A stretch of 63,431 nucleotides of DNA from Hydrolagus affinis. Its lineage: Eukaryota. Both the position numbers and the translations under genes were made by a program. Shown piece after piece: positions 48,612 to 61,810 of this stretch. Every line of letters begins with the position of its first letter. Position 1 is the first letter of the stretch. Under the pieces are notes generated by a model. That model was given only the letters and a program-made list of their open reading frames with translations, searched no databases and was not told the DNA's origin. The stretch lies in assembly GCA_012026655.1 (NCBI GenBank), contig JAAILG010001667.1, positions 1-63,431 of the forward strand. The letters run 5' to 3'.

Positions 48612-50482
48612 TTAAATATGCTTTATAACAGCAGAAAGTGTGCAAATGAAAGGGAGAGAGAAAGAGAATGGTTGGCTACCACTGGTTTAATGTAAAGTTA
48701 GCAACTTTATTCATAGTCAATTTGCACGCAGCAATGTCCCACAATAATATGAAATCTGTTTCCAATTCGAAAATTGAAGAATACATCCTGTGTCACAGAG
48801 ACAGAGACACCACAAGTTGGTTGTGACAGTTAGTTTCCAGCAGGATTTCCTCTCTGGTGCTGGGAGTCCCTACTAGTTAACGCAGCAGAAAAACGCCAGT
48901 TTATCTGCATCCCGTTGGAAGGAAACTCATTTAAAAGAGGTTACTGAGCCAGTCAAAGTAAGTCACTGGAATTGAATGTCTGAAAGGGAATAGAGGCGTT
49001 TGTTTGGAACATCAAAGCACAGTGCCACAGACATGCAGGGGCAATGGTAAAATTCCTCCTATTCTCCCTTCTACAATAGTTCCCAAATCCAGTTTACCAA
49101 TCGTGGTCAGACATGAACTGAAGGCCAGGCCAGGAGTGAATCATTGGCTCACCTTCTTTGTGTAGTTGCTGTGTGCTCTTGATATACGTGGAGATAAATG
49201 AAGGATTTCACCCACTCATTAAACATAAAATCAAACTGATATAATACAGGCTCGATAGTACCTCCAAATTAGAGCCCCCCCCAGACATTGTCATTTACCC
49301 AAAATAAAATCGAATAGAATCTCTGTGACATCTACATCCTCACTCGCATCAAACAACTCCTTGTCAAGCTCCGCTTGCTCTCTGTCTCCCAATATATCAA
49401 CTTCAAAATCCTCAACCTCATCTATAAATCCCATCATGCCCATCACTTCCCTCATCTCCTAACTATGTCCCTGATCTCCAGGACTCCCTCCGTCTATCCC
49501 TCCACCTCAGTTCCTCTCTATCTGTCTTTCAAGACCACCAAAAAAAACATTGTCAGCTGTGCTCATAGCCACCTCTGCCCTCACTCAGTGTCTGACACAG
49601 TCTCTGTGAAGCACATCGTATACTGTGAAGCACACTGTATAAATGCAAATTATTGTTGCTGTTGAACAATCAAATCAGTTACTAGCAACAGTTTAAATTT
49701 GTGGAGATTGATCCCGGTGAAACATTTTCTCGAACAATTCACATAATTCACGTCTCACAATTTAACAAAGGATTCAAAGGATCCTAAATTCAGCACAACC
49801 TCTCCCCCACAAAGCACTGAAATGAATACGTGCTGAGGCAATTAAGCAAATCATTTTGATCTTCCTTACAGTATAGTAAAGAGAGAGAAAAGACATTCAG
49901 TGTCAGGAGCACCGACCAGCTTTTCCTGACACTAGGTTTGGCCTTTTAAAAATACAACTGCTCGCGTTTCCTTTCCAGAAAGCCTGCCATTTCCCTACAA
50001 TGCACAGCTGACAATCTACCCTGCCAAAACTCCACCCACCACTGTGTAAAACTTGGTGAAAATCTAAAACCGCCTCCATTGGCCCTGCCACTGGAAGAAA
50101 GCAAATTCACAATATGACAGTGACCCTGTTTTGCAGCAATGCCCAGGGCAAAGTCTGGGCTTTTTATTACTTACTTCTGTAGTTATTTAAAATACACAGT
50201 AATTATACTGTGTATTCAGATTAGTTTCAAGAGTAGTATAAGTGAAGACAAGTCATAATTAAATAAGGATTTAATTGGGTTGGGTGGATGGATGGGTGGA
50301 GGGTACAGGAAGTGATTTCATTAGTTTCATTGGTATTGGAACATACAAGAGTTCACAGAATGGGATAGCAGATACATAACATTGTGCCATCTTGTTTATC
50401 AGTTTCTTTGGAAATTTTGAGAGGAAACACAAGTCAGAAAGGACAGGAAACCAAATGCCTGTCCGAATTGTATTAACCATAC

Positions 50483-50543
50483 CATGAATATTCTCTTTTC
50501 CCCTTTCTGTTTGATGTATTCTTTAGGCAGGAATTCTTTCAGG
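50483..50543 (-). CDS. TLN1: talin-1 exon 8
   Basis: LKEFLPKEYIKQKGEKRIFM; 61 nt; AG/GT. Confidence 0.95.
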
Positions 50544-51057
50544 CTACAGGAAAACAAAGAACATAGAGACAAGGTTAGTTTGCTGCATTGATTTATTCAC
50601 CGGTCTTGCTTTTAAAAAAAATCGAAGTCAAAATATAATTTAATTTTCATACATTTTCAAAAATGTTTTCCATTTGGCCACTACTTCCAAATCCAGCTTC
50701 ACTAATTCTGATCTGCGTCTAGCCCTGCTCACCGTACCCCACTATTGGGGGCAAGCTGGGTCCTAGTGCTATATGCTAGCGTGAAGCGACATCGAGGCTG
50801 GTTGATGCAACTGGGTCCTAGCGCTAAACGCTGGTATTAGTGTTAAAACCCATGGATAAGACAGGGTTATAAGCCACGGTTTGCAAGGGTTGGCGCATTT
50901 AGCAAACCGTGGATGCGTGAGTTTTGCGGTTGACGAGGCCGTGGTTGGGGCGGGGAACCTGTATTTCACTAATAAACTAAATCAATCACAAACACAAGTT
51001 GAAATTCAAAATTCATTTTTGCTATGAACATAAGGATGTTTTCCCACTAACTCACTA

Positions 51058-51660
51058 ACAACAACAATAAAATGACATTTGTATAGCGCCTTTCACGTCA
51101 GGAAGACATCTCAAGGCGATGGACAGTTACTGCTCAGTCCTGAGCTGAGGCTGGGGGGGGATGGAAGGGGGCGTGGAGGGATGGAAGGGAGGGATAAAGA
51201 TTTGCCGATGGATCTCTCGAAGAGGAGAGTCTTGTGGCAGGACTTGAGGGAGGCCAGGGAGGGGGCGAGGTGGAGGGATTGCGGGATGGAGTTCCAGAGG
51301 TGGGGCTCGCCCACTAATGGTGGGGCGGGTGGGTATGGGGGCGAGGAGCAGGCCAGAGCCTGCTGAGCGGAGTGGGTGGGCAAGTTGATAAGGCGATACG
51401 AGGCCAGGGATGTAGGGTGGGGGGGCGAGGGTGTGGAGGGCTTTAAATGTGAGGACCAGGATCTTGAATTGGATCCTCTGGATGATGGGGAGCCAATGGG
51501 AGTCGGGCAAGGATGGGGGAGATGGGGTCACAAGATTTGGAACGGTAAAGGACATGGGCCGCAGAGTTCTGGATTAGCTGCAGCCTGTGGAGGGGGGAAT
51601 TGGGAAGGCCGACCAGCGGGGGGCGTTTGCATAATCGAGCCGAGATGTGATGAAGGCGTC
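51058..51660 (-). mobile_element. L2 LINE 3' end
   Basis: HWLPIIQRIQFKILVLTFKALH; HLWNSIPQSL; (TTG)n tail. Confidence 0.88.
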
Positions 51661-53679
51661 AATCCTCTCCCACTGGTGCAGCACCATTTATGTCAAAGAT
51701 TCTCTAATGCGCTTAAGGGATCAGTGGACAAAAGGGCAAAAGACGGTGCAAGGAATTATAAAGCGATTTAAGTTGTGGTCAAAGGAATGGGTCTTTTGAG
51801 ATTTTTGAAAGCCAGTAGAAAGGCAGATAATTTGACTTTCAGAAGGAGTCTCAGAGGGCTCAAAGGCAGAAAGCTGGTGGTGTAGTGGAGGGCAGGAGGC
51901 ACGAGCAGTCAATTATGTCAGCTGGGGAATTGCAGGCCAGAGAAGATTGAACAGATAGGATGGAGCTGGAGCAGGGATTTGGAGTTGTTCTGCCGAGGGG
52001 ACAAGAAGTTGGTGATGCTTGGAATGATGTGAGTGTGGGACTTGGTACAGTCCAGGCCTCAGGGCAGCTGAGTTCTGAACGAGTTGAAGTTTGTAAAGTC
52101 AGTTACTAAGTCAATACCTCATAAGACCTTAAGATTGATTTTTGACAATAGCTGTATTTTCATATTGAAATCAGTCCTACTTGCGATTTTTGTCTTGCTT
52201 TTTTTGTTTTCTTTCCTGACCTTCCTCTGACAACCTCCAACCCTCCACATCCCAACCCCTATTTCAGGTCCAAATCTCTGGACTGCTCAGCACCTTGGGA
52301 CATCCTCCCGACGTGAAAGGCGCTGTACGCATGTAACTTGGTGTTGTTGGAAGACAATTGACTCATTAATTTTCCTTCTATTGGCATCTGGATCCACAGA
52401 TTCCAGTCGCCTCTGCGCATGGTTACTCACAGATGTAACCATTAATCAGGCAAGATCCTTGACACACTCTATAACAAGGATGATTGATGGACGAACCATC
52501 ACATATATGTACTCAAGACAGAGACCAACTATCTAAAGCCATGCAATACTAAACCTCCCAGCACAAGAACACGGAACGGATTGAAAGAAATGGTGAGAGG
52601 TTGAAAAGAATGAATGTGGCATTGTGCTGCCATTCATTCATGTTTATGGTCACTTCTACTTTAAAGAGTGAAACCAAGATATCCAGGACTTGAGGAGCGA
52701 TGGGGTTCATGCACAAAGTACAAAGGGTCAAAACAAAGCAACTGAAAGATCTGTGACACATTTATTGCCAAGGAAAGCTTCAGACAACTTGTTAGACCAA
52801 ATTAACCAACTGTAGGTCACACTAAATTATGGAAAGTCAAGCATTTGACCTCTATTCTACCAGCTCATCAATTAGCACAATGAACCACATACATACAAGA
52901 AATATTCTGGAATTTGTCGGCATTGCATTTTAATCACGTTACAACATGCATTGTGTTTTATATGAGCCTCACATAATGAAACAACAAAGGGAAATTGTCT
53001 CAAAATCTAGAACTGTCAGCCCAATTTTCTCTACTTAACTCTCCCCCCACAAGCCCAAACTCAGATTGTGTTGCGATACAGTTCAATACCAATTTGCAAT
53101 TATATAGCTCCCCCACACACAGGATAGCATCCCAGAGTGTTGCACAGTGGTGGAGACTAACGCCAAGCTACTGGTTGGGGGTTGAAATGGAAGGTCTTCA
53201 GGCACAAGCTGATGGGGAAGGTGGGGACAAGATGGAGAGATCGAGGTAGTGTCAGGTTGGAGAGGCTAAAAGTGCAGCCGCCAATGGCGGATCTGATGAC
53301 AAATGGGCAAGCAGGAGGCCGGAGACAGTCGAGGGGAGGTAGCGGGTGGTGGATTGGGATGTAATCAGGTCGGAGAGGTAGGGAGGTGTCAAAGGGATTA
53401 CGGGTATAATATCCAAGTGATCATTCTTCATCAGTGTCCCCCTGAACATCATCAGGAGGTTCAAAGGTGAACGCTTTGGGTTGCTCAAATGAAATGAATA
53501 TTTCCTTGGATCCATTTGGGAAGATTGGTTGGCAATGTATAAACCAGTAAAGTGTGAGCGAACAGAAAACAAGTTCAGAGTGTATTTTGCCTCCCTATTC
53601 CGAGGGCTGAAATTACTTCTCATACCTATTCAAACCTCTTTTCTAAAAATGGAAGCTTTGATAAAAGGCTGGTACTCAC

Positions 53680-53807
53680 TCCAAGAAGCCGGCTTTGTGC
53701 TTCAGTTCATTGTGTGGTCCAAACTGAATTTGACACTGATATCCTGCAAAGTCACAGGCTTTGTCAAAAGAGACAGGATGAGAACCGTTCAGAATGTCGT
53801 CTCTGGC
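53680..53807 (-). CDS. TLN1: talin-1 exon 7 (F2)
   Basis: ARDDILNGSHPVSFDKACDFAGYQCQIQFGPHNELKHKAGFL; 128 nt; AG/GTGAGT. Confidence 0.96.
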
Positions 53808-54368
53808 CTGAAATATAGCATCACAAATAGAAAAAAAGTGAAAAGTCATAGCTAGCTCTGTGCATGTTTCAAGGGAAGCTCACACGAGTTTTCCAGGAAT
53901 CTAATTTAATTAATTTTCAATGTTGCAGATGCACTGAGTGGAAAAAAAAGGGGTGAAAATCTTTCAAGTACAGGCTGAGAGTTTCAGGAGAAAACTGGAG
54001 CGGGAGCCATTCAGAATATAATAATGCAAGAAGGCTTCAGAGCTCTGAAATCCCACCCTGTCTCACCCAGCAAATCAATTTTGACTTAGAATTGAAGATT
54101 GGGCAGAATGGTGGAACATTCTTAAATTTAGTCTGAATTTGGACGCTGTAAGGGCTGGAGAAAACAGGCTCCCAAATTAAGAATGAATTTAAGGTTTTTG
54201 CATTATTCTTAAGATTCTTGGGATGGTCTTCTGATTGAAAGGGATTTTGACCTTTTCAGGGTTGTTGGATAAAACACATGGAGAATAGTATGTGACATTG
54301 CGTAACACAAAGTTTTGTTTAGCCCATTTGAAAAGAAACCCTGAAAGTGATAGGACCTGCTGCCTTAC

Positions 54369-54511
54369 CTGCACATAGAGCAAGTTCAATTGCACTGGAT
54401 CTCTTGAATCAACATTTTGATCTGAATAGAAGAATTTTCGCCTGAGAAGTAAGGTTTCATTTTCATCGACTCCTTGTTCTCGAAGTGTTCGACCGTGGTC
54501 CAACCAGTTCA
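54369..54511 (-). CDS. TLN1: talin-1 exon 6
   Basis: NWLDHGRTLREQG...DPVQLNLLYVQ; 143 nt; AG/GT. Confidence 0.97.
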
Positions 54512-54994
54512 CTGCAAACAGCAAACACCGCAGCATGAAGACACAGCCGGCTAAGGAGATACTCCCCACATCCCATGGATGCCACGAGGCAAAAGCCGTC
54601 AAAACGCAGCATTCAAATTGCTGCTCCCAAAAATCACAGTACCTCAAATGGGAGCCTGCTAACCTTCCAGTTCCAATCGAATTAAAATATTTACATAAAC
54701 CACCCAAAAATACAATAAACCAAAACAGTATTGCCCTTTCAGGTCTTGTATTTTCCTGAAAACCAACTGTGCAAAAATATCTGATCTATGTATATAATAT
54801 AAAATAATTTCCCTGCAATGTTATTGGACACACTAGGTGACGTCTGGTCGTTCACTTAAACCTCCCTCCCCAACCAAAGCAATTAATTTATGGCTCCAAA
54901 AATATTTTGCTTCTTTCTGTGTACATTCACAATGAGTGGATGAATATGTGGTCCATTAGGACCTCATACAAGAATTCTGAAAGGTGCCTTAATC

Positions 54995-55300
54995 AAATCA
55001 TAGAACCTTACGGCACAGAAGGAGGCCATTTGGCTCATGTTTGTGCCAGCTCTTTGAAAGGGTTACCAACTTGTCCTACTCCCCTGCAGTTAACCCACAG
55101 CCCTGCAAATTTTCCTTTTCAGATACTTACCCAATTCCCTTTTGAAAGCTACTATTGACTGTGCTTCCCCATTCCAGATCGTAGAAACTTGCTGCGTAAA
55201 AACATTTCTCCTCATCTACGCTCTGGTTCTTTTGCCAATTATCTTAAATCTGTGACCTCTGGTTACCAGCCCACCCGCCAGAGGAAACAGTTTCTCTTAT
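54995..55300 (-). mobile_element. CR1-type 3' end
   Basis: CATAGAACCTTACGGCACAGAAGGAGGCCATTTGGC tail; CR1-like body. Confidence 0.65.
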
Positions 55301-55332
55301 TATATACAGGCATTAATAAAACAGCCACTAAC

Positions 55333-55485
55333 AATCGTCATCTGTGTGCAGTTTCTGCTTCAGCTTTTCCATTTTCTTATCGTCTCTCAGCAGAGTTTTG
55401 TCTTTCTTCAGCGTCCCTGTCATTTCTTCTTTCTTTTCTTCCACAATTTCATGTACGAGCGAATATTCGTCATGGTTTGTGATTC
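55333..55485 (-). CDS. TLN1: talin-1 exon 5 (F1 loop)
   Basis: ITNHDEYSLVHEIVEEKKEE...KLHTDDD; 153 nt; AG/GT. Confidence 0.96.
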
Positions 55486-56688
55486 CTACATTTCGTGAAA
55501 AACACAAGACACGTGGAATTCCATGGCATCGTACAACTTCTCCACACACAACAGAGCAAATGCAAAAACAATCCTTTTATCATATCGTCACACCTTCCAA
55601 AATAAAAGTTTCTGAAAATGTTCAAGCATAAGCAGTGAGCACAATGAGCCAAATGCTTCCTGAATGTATGAAGCAAACTTATGATGGAAGTGAACGATGG
55701 AAGAAAACTGACACCCCATTGCCTTGCTGCCACAAGCTACAGAAGATTACTGAGGCCACAAGCAGTCCGTTCACATCCATTCACAAAGCAACTTCGGAAA
55801 TAGACCCAGAACGTGGTATTTTCCCAGCACCAGGCACCGACAATGTATTATCCAGATTGGCAATGTTGCTCAAAGGAAACTTGGCCCACATGTTTGCTCA
55901 GAGACTTTTCTTTTCCAATTGCTGCTGGTTGCAAGAAGCATGCTGACGTCTATGATGCCGGTGTTCAAGTATTCCTGAGTAGGCTGCCAAGCCGGGCCCG
56001 TAGGAAACTCAGGTCTAATGACCATTCAGAAGGCTCAATGCAAGTTAAATCAATGAAGCCTAAAGCAGGGTGCACACTAAAGGCCATATTCTGTTGGCCA
56101 GGGTAGGTGGAAAGAACAAAGCCGTGCAGTGTTCAGAATTTGGTTGACAGCATTCTTCTGAATGGAAATGCAAGGGAAATGTAGGACAAGTTCCTCTAGT
56201 GTTATGGGGCTGCTTAGGGCTCATTGAACATACAAAACAGAGAATCTCTCATAAACTTAGGCCATTTGGCCCATCAAGCTTCTCCCTCCATTATTGGATT
56301 TTTTAAAAATTCAATTTCCCCACACTTCTTAATACAACAACTAAACAATCAACCACCTTTCAAGCATCCCAGTTGATTCTGGCTCTACTGCCTTCTGCAA
56401 CAGCATATTGCACAACTCTCTGTGTTAATGTTTCTTCGTATGCTGTGGCGAGAGTGTGCTCTCAGGTCAGAGATAGACAATCCTAGATGGTTAGGCAGAC
56501 TTTGAGAAGCATAATAAAAGCGGCAGATTTGGAGGTCTTTAGATATTTCCTGCTCAAATCACAAAAGGCCAAGTCCCATTTGGAGCAGTTGGCCTAGCTC
56601 TGTGATGCCTTTTCTCATTCCAAGTCTTCAGCGGGTTATGGCATAAGGGAGTTATTATTGCGCCAGAGGGGAGTTTTAATCTTCCTAC

Positions 56689-56818
56689 CTATTCTGGCAC
56701 AGATTGTCATCAGGATGTCGCTCACTATTTTTGAGTCATCCACCATAACTGTTTTGATACTTCCATCCAGCATTCTGATCTTCAGAGGCCTGTGTTTTCT
56801 CTTATAGTCCAGCGTGTC
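56689..56818 (-). CDS. TLN1: talin-1 exon 4
   Basis: DTLDYKRKHRPLKIRMLDGSIKTVMVDDSK...CARI; 130 nt; AG/GT. Confidence 0.96.
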
Positions 56819-56886
56819 CTGGAAGGGATGGAAAGAAGATAATAAGAGAATGTAGAACCTGTCATGCCACACTTTATAAAGTAATA

Positions 56887-57146
56887 CAGGTAGACCTCGC
56901 TTAACGTTGCTTCGGTCAATGTTGTTTCGTTATTACATCGCTGATACATAGGGGAACATATATTCATTTAATGTTGTGACGTTTGATATTACGTCGTTCG
57001 GTTCTGTGGAAACAAACTACTTTGGGTTGCCTAGGCGTACATAAACGCTGAACGTCCGGTATTCTTGCGCAGGTTCACCTAGCATCGTTTTGCTTGAAGT
57101 CGCACTTTTCGCAAACACAACTGCGACGTTAAGCGGGGACTAAGTG
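56887..57146. mobile_element. Tigger-like MITE (260 bp, separate family)
   Basis: TIRs CAGGTAGACCTCGCTTAACGT / ACGTTAAGCGGGGACTAAGTG, TA on both sides. Confidence 0.8.
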
Positions 57147-57735
57147 TACTTCATTTCTGCAATTGGGAGGTGCGTTTTCTTTTTGAACAGCCAGGCTGTC
57201 AATGCCTTGGGATGTCCTCCTTACGTGAAAGTCACTAGTTTATTGAGTAAGGGGGGTGGTGGGGAGTGGGAGAGGAGGTTGGTCAGCTGGGTGTCTGACA
57301 CATGTGGAAACCCATCACCGTGCTTAATGGTATCCAAACCAAACTGAGATATCCTTGCATTCCACTTACACATGGAAATTCCAGAGGTAGATTGTTGGAG
57401 TGGAATGCGCACTCTCACCCTAGAGGGATGCATCCATCCTGCTTATCTAATTCTGAAAGTATTAATTGTTGATGCATGCGGAAAACAATCTCCATAGAGT
57501 ATCCAAAGCCAAACTATTGAGCGTTCCACAAATGTGCGGTGCAACGTTTGTCCAGAAACACTACAAAAAAGCAAGTGCAGTTGGACAAAAAGTTCTGAAG
57601 TTTTAAAAAGATGTGTCATGGATGATGGCAGGTTCACTCCCAGGGGGAAAATAAGTAAGTCAGATTGCAACAGAACATTGCCCAGGCGTGTGGAAGAGGC
57701 TACAAACAAACTAAAATGAAGCATTGGGAACTTAC

Positions 57736-57833
57736 TCCATTTCTCAACATGTAATAATCCAAGGCTTTGGCAGACTCCAACCAGATGCCCTTCTTTGGGT
57801 CCTCATCGGATAGAAATAATCCATAATCATTTG
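57736..57833 (-). CDS. TLN1: talin-1 exon 3
   Basis: NDYGLFLSDEDPKKGIWLESAKALDYYMLRNG; 98 nt; AG/GTAAGT; absent from ORF track. Confidence 0.96.
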
Positions 57834-58681
57834 CTGGAAGAAAATAAATCAAACATCATTACAATATAATCGATAGGTTTTAGAGCTGTTTGATTGGTAA
57901 GAATCAACAACAACAAAAACAACAAAATTACATTTGCATAGCGCCTTTCGCGCCACGAGGACGTCCCAAGGCGCTGGACAGTTACTGCTTCAGACCCCAC
58001 CTTGCATTTGATATAGCTCTTTTCGTGTCTACTAGCCGTCTCAAAGCGCTTCACAGAATATACTGTGAAGTGAATTGCCTGTATATTTGTGGCCGAAACT
58101 TTACAGTAATCTGAGATGTCCTCCCTACTTGAAAGGCACTTTAACAAATGAAAGCATTACGATTGAAGTAGAGGAAACCAAACTTAAGCATAAACTTCAG
58201 GCAAAACTGTGACGTGACCAAATGGCCAATTACAATTAGATAGTTAAGGGGTGAAGCAATATCTTATCAAGTATGAGAGCATTCAGACAACTGCACCTTA
58301 ACTAGCTGACATATCCTGTTTGGCCTCAGTCGAGCTATTCTTGCTCATGAGCCAGAGATAGACGTTTGCTTTAGTCCGGCTTTTATTTGTCTTTACTTTT
58401 AAACCAAGCAGTAAGTTGTCGAACAAAATCTGTCTACATATCAGTCTCAATATATACCAGGTGTTACACCAAGGACCCTGGTTACACCCTGGTTATATAT
58501 TTTGCAAATAAAGATTAAACATTGTTGTCTTCATGAGACAGCACTCTCCAGCCAAGATAGTAAGGAAATTAATTATTTGCTTCCAAGTGTATGCCAACTC
58601 TACGCTAACCAGTTATTTTGAGATCTAGGACTAGCAATAAGGTCACTCGACCTGTGATCCAACATTCTGCGGCAGCCTATA

Positions 58682-59000
58682 AAATAATAATAAAAATAAT
58701 CCTTGCATTTGATATAGCGTTTATCGTATCTTCCAGACATCTCAAAGCGCTTCACAGAATATATTGTAATGTGAATCGACTGTTTATTTGTGGGCGAAAC
58801 ACAGCAACTGGTTACTTACAGTCGTGTCCCACAAACAGTCATGGATTGAAGTGACTAATTTACTATTAATCTTTTTCTTGAGGGATTATTATCAGGCATG
58901 TGGGGTAAGGAAACTTGCCCAAGGTTTTGCGCTGCTAGGAATCAAACCCAGGTCTCTCACTTGCGAGGCGAGTGCTCCAACCACTGAGTTACAGGGCTCT
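58682..59000 (-). mobile_element. tRNA-derived SINE, full length
   Basis: Head and tail as in other copies. Confidence 0.88.
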
Positions 59001-59496
59001 AAATACAGCCACTGGACATCACAATACATCCCGTGAAGCGCTTTGAGACATCCTCCTTAGATGAAAGGGCCTGTACCAAACGTAACAAATACTATTTGTC
59101 ATCATCTGTGTCACCATGGACAGAATTAGATACAACAACCACAACATTCTTACATTTATAGAGCGTTGTTCATGTCGGAAGGACGTTTCAAAGTGCTTAC
59201 ACAGCTGACTGGCATCACATATAGGCAACCAAAGAGACACAATGCATCATTTTACTTTGGATTACACCTTATTTTTGTTTCAAACCAAATGCAGATTTTG
59301 ATAGTTTACTCAAACCACACCTTGAATACTGCATGAGGTTTTGGTTTTGTGCTAAATCTATTGGTCTCAGCAATAAGGAAAAATGCTGGAAAAATAATTG
59401 AACGCAATAAGTTTTAAAACAAAAAAAAAGTACTTTTGGGAAAGCACCAAAAACTTGTGTAAAGAATGGTTGAAGGAAGAACAGGGGGTGACTTAC

Positions 59497-59626
59497 GCTG
59501 TCCTGTCTGTGCTTCGGGAACCCGGTCACGGATGATCCGACAGGCATCATACACCATTGTCGAGGGTTCAAACTGCATCGTTTTGACGGCATTTCCAACG
59601 CCAATTTTCAAGGATAAGGCAACCAT
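59497..59626 (-). CDS. TLN1: talin-1 exon 2 (start codon, F0); exon incl. UTR extends to 59651
   Basis: MVALSLKIGVGNAVKTMQFEPSTMVYDACRIIRDRVPEAQTGQ; 130 nt; acceptor ttttgcag, donor GTAAGT. Confidence 0.97.
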
Positions 59627-60014
59627 GATGTCGTTCTCTTCACAATTTTATCTGCAAAATAAGGCAACACTTAAACAAAGCCGTCAGATCGGGGAACCTC
59701 AATCTTTCAAAAGAACTCTCAACCCAAAATATTAGTTTAGATTTGAGTCATTTGCTCCTTAGGCAAACACAGCTGTGTTATACAGCAGGTGTAAACACAA
59801 GTATTAAAGGTATCCTTAATTACTTAATCATCAACGACTTGCATTTATATAGCACCCTTCACATATGGAAACATCTCCGTCCAGTTTACAGGAATGGGTT
59901 GAAAACCGAGCGAGCGAGCAAATGAGTGAGATAGAGAGAGAGAGGGGGATAGTGAGAGAGGCAGTAGGGGCTGGGGAGAGGGATATCACATCAGCTGGGG
60001 AGACCAAGCTGAGG

Positions 60015-60283
60015 AGACCTGTGTTCGAATCCAGGCAGGTCAGGGCGAAACCTTGGGCAAGTTTCCTTACTCCACACACCTAATAATAATCCGTCCAAAA
60101 AAGCCACAATAATAAAATTGGTCATTTCAATCCACGACTGTTTGTGGGAAATTGCTGTGTGCAATTGGCTGCTGCATTTCGCCCACAAATATACAGTCAA
60201 TCCACTTTACAGTATACTCTGTGAAGCGCTTTGGGACATCGATAAGATGTGCAAAGCGCTTATCAAGTGCAAGGATTATTATA
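60015..60283 (+). mobile_element. tRNA-derived SINE, 5' truncated
   Basis: B-box GTTCGAATCC through GGATTATT tail. Confidence 0.88.
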
Positions 60284-60677
60284 TGTATATTCAAAGAGGT
60301 AGGATTTGATACAGGACGTAAAAGATAGAAGGAGAGAGAGAGAGGACAAGATGGTGTGGTAGAGAGAGAGAGAGAGAGAGGGAGGTCCAGAGATTAGGGA
60401 GTAGGAATTGTAGGCTCAATCATTAATGGTGACCATAATTCTTTGTGGTCCACATGCTGTCTCAGCACACTTGCTTATTACTCTGTAAATAAAATTCTGT
60501 CTGAATCGGACATGGCCCTCAGTGGTTAGTAATATTTCCATCTTCCAAACTGCATTTGGAGCGTAGCAAAGGTCTTGCAGAGTCTGGTGACTATAAAGCG
60601 TTCACTGTGGTCTGAAAAGGCACATTTACTAAAACGATGAACGCTTGCAAGGTGGAATTCTAGAATCATAAGGGATG

Positions 60678-61150
60678 TACAACAACAACAAAATTAAATT
60701 TGTAGAGCACCTTTCACGTCGGGAAAGAGGCAAGTCTTGAAGGAGGCAAGAGAGAGAGCAAGACAAAGTGATTGTAGGATTGAGTTTCAAAGAGTAGGAG
60801 CAGTGAGACTGAAAGCCGCTGACGGTAGGGCGGATTGGGCGGGAGACATGAAGTGGGCCGGAGCTTGTTGAACAGAGGGAGTGGACAGGTTGATAGGGGG
60901 TCAGCAGGTCAGAGAGGTGGAAGGGGGCAAGGCCTTGGAGGGTAATGAAAGTGAGGACGAGGATCTTGAATTCGATCCTCTGAGGAATGGAGAGCCAGTG
61001 GAGCCGGGTGGGTGTGATGGGGTCACGGAGCCTGATGCAGAAGAAGACACAAGCTGCAGAATTTTGGATGAGCTGCAGCTTGTGGAAGGAAGAGTTGGGA
61101 AAGCCAACAAAGAGGGAGTTGCCGTAGCCGAGCCTGGAGGTGAGAAACGC
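60678..61150 (-). mobile_element. L2 LINE 3' end
   Basis: CACTGGCTCTCCATTCCTCAGAGGATCGAATTCAAGATCC motif and (TTG)n tail. Confidence 0.82.
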
Positions 61151-61482
61151 GAGGTGACATGTAATCCCTGGATGTGTGAATGACGGACATGCCTTGATAA
61201 GAAGGATATTTCTGTAAGATCTTTCAACTTGAACAGACTGTGTTGACCTCAGTCACGCTGGTAAGTAAACACCTTGTGCAAATGTACAAGTGCAGCAAAC
61301 TGTAATTTGGAGCAAACAGACCAGCAAATCAGCAACCATTTGAGATGTGCCAAATAGTCCATGTCAGGTCACATGTTTTCTATTGAAAAGCCTTGTGCAA
61401 TTCACAGTGAAAAAAATAAAATCCTAACACAGCTAGGGAGTAACACATGCCAGTATAACATACTTGCCTTAGAATAACAAGA

Positions 61483-61810
61483 GTAATAATAATAATCCTT
61501 GTATTTGATACAGTGCATTATCACGTCTTCAAAACATCTCAAATTCTCTGCACAGAATATACTGAATTGACTGCATATTTTGTGGGCAGAACATGGCAAT
61601 CAATTGTGCACAGTGCTTCCCACAAACAGTCGTGGATTGAGTGGCCAAATTTTTTTTTATGTCTTCATTCTTATCCCTGGAAAAGAGGTCCACAGATCAA
61701 CTAACAACCAGCTCCTACTTCACTGCTAGGTAAACAGAGGAGTATGGAGTAAGGAAACTTGCCCAACATTTCACCCTGCCAAGTGCTCTAACCACTAAGC
61801 TACAGGAACT
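61483..61810 (-). mobile_element. tRNA-derived SINE, long form, head partly deleted
   Basis: Extra segment CCTACTTCACTGCTAGGTAAACAGAGG. Confidence 0.82.

Larger units (their letters stand above)
1175..59651 (-). other. TLN1: talin-1 gene, partial (coding exons 2-40; 3' part and non-coding exon 1 outside window)
   Basis: 39 exons with compatible splice phases translate collinearly to talin. TLN1 rather than TLN2: MVALSLKIGVGNAVK (no TLN2 RHC insert), ITNHDEYSLV, 61-nt KQKGEKRIF exon, ITKECVMR, DFGDYQDGYY, compact introns. Confidence 0.96.

Noticed and set aside
58450-58500. Imperfect ~50-bp hairpin (ATATACCAGGTGTTAC...GTTACACCCTGGTTATAT) as a miRNA
   Set aside because: Short and bulged, with no supporting evidence; more likely a MITE relic.
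1175-59626. Assignment as TLN2
   Set aside because: Diagnostic indels and residues and the compact structure match TLN1.
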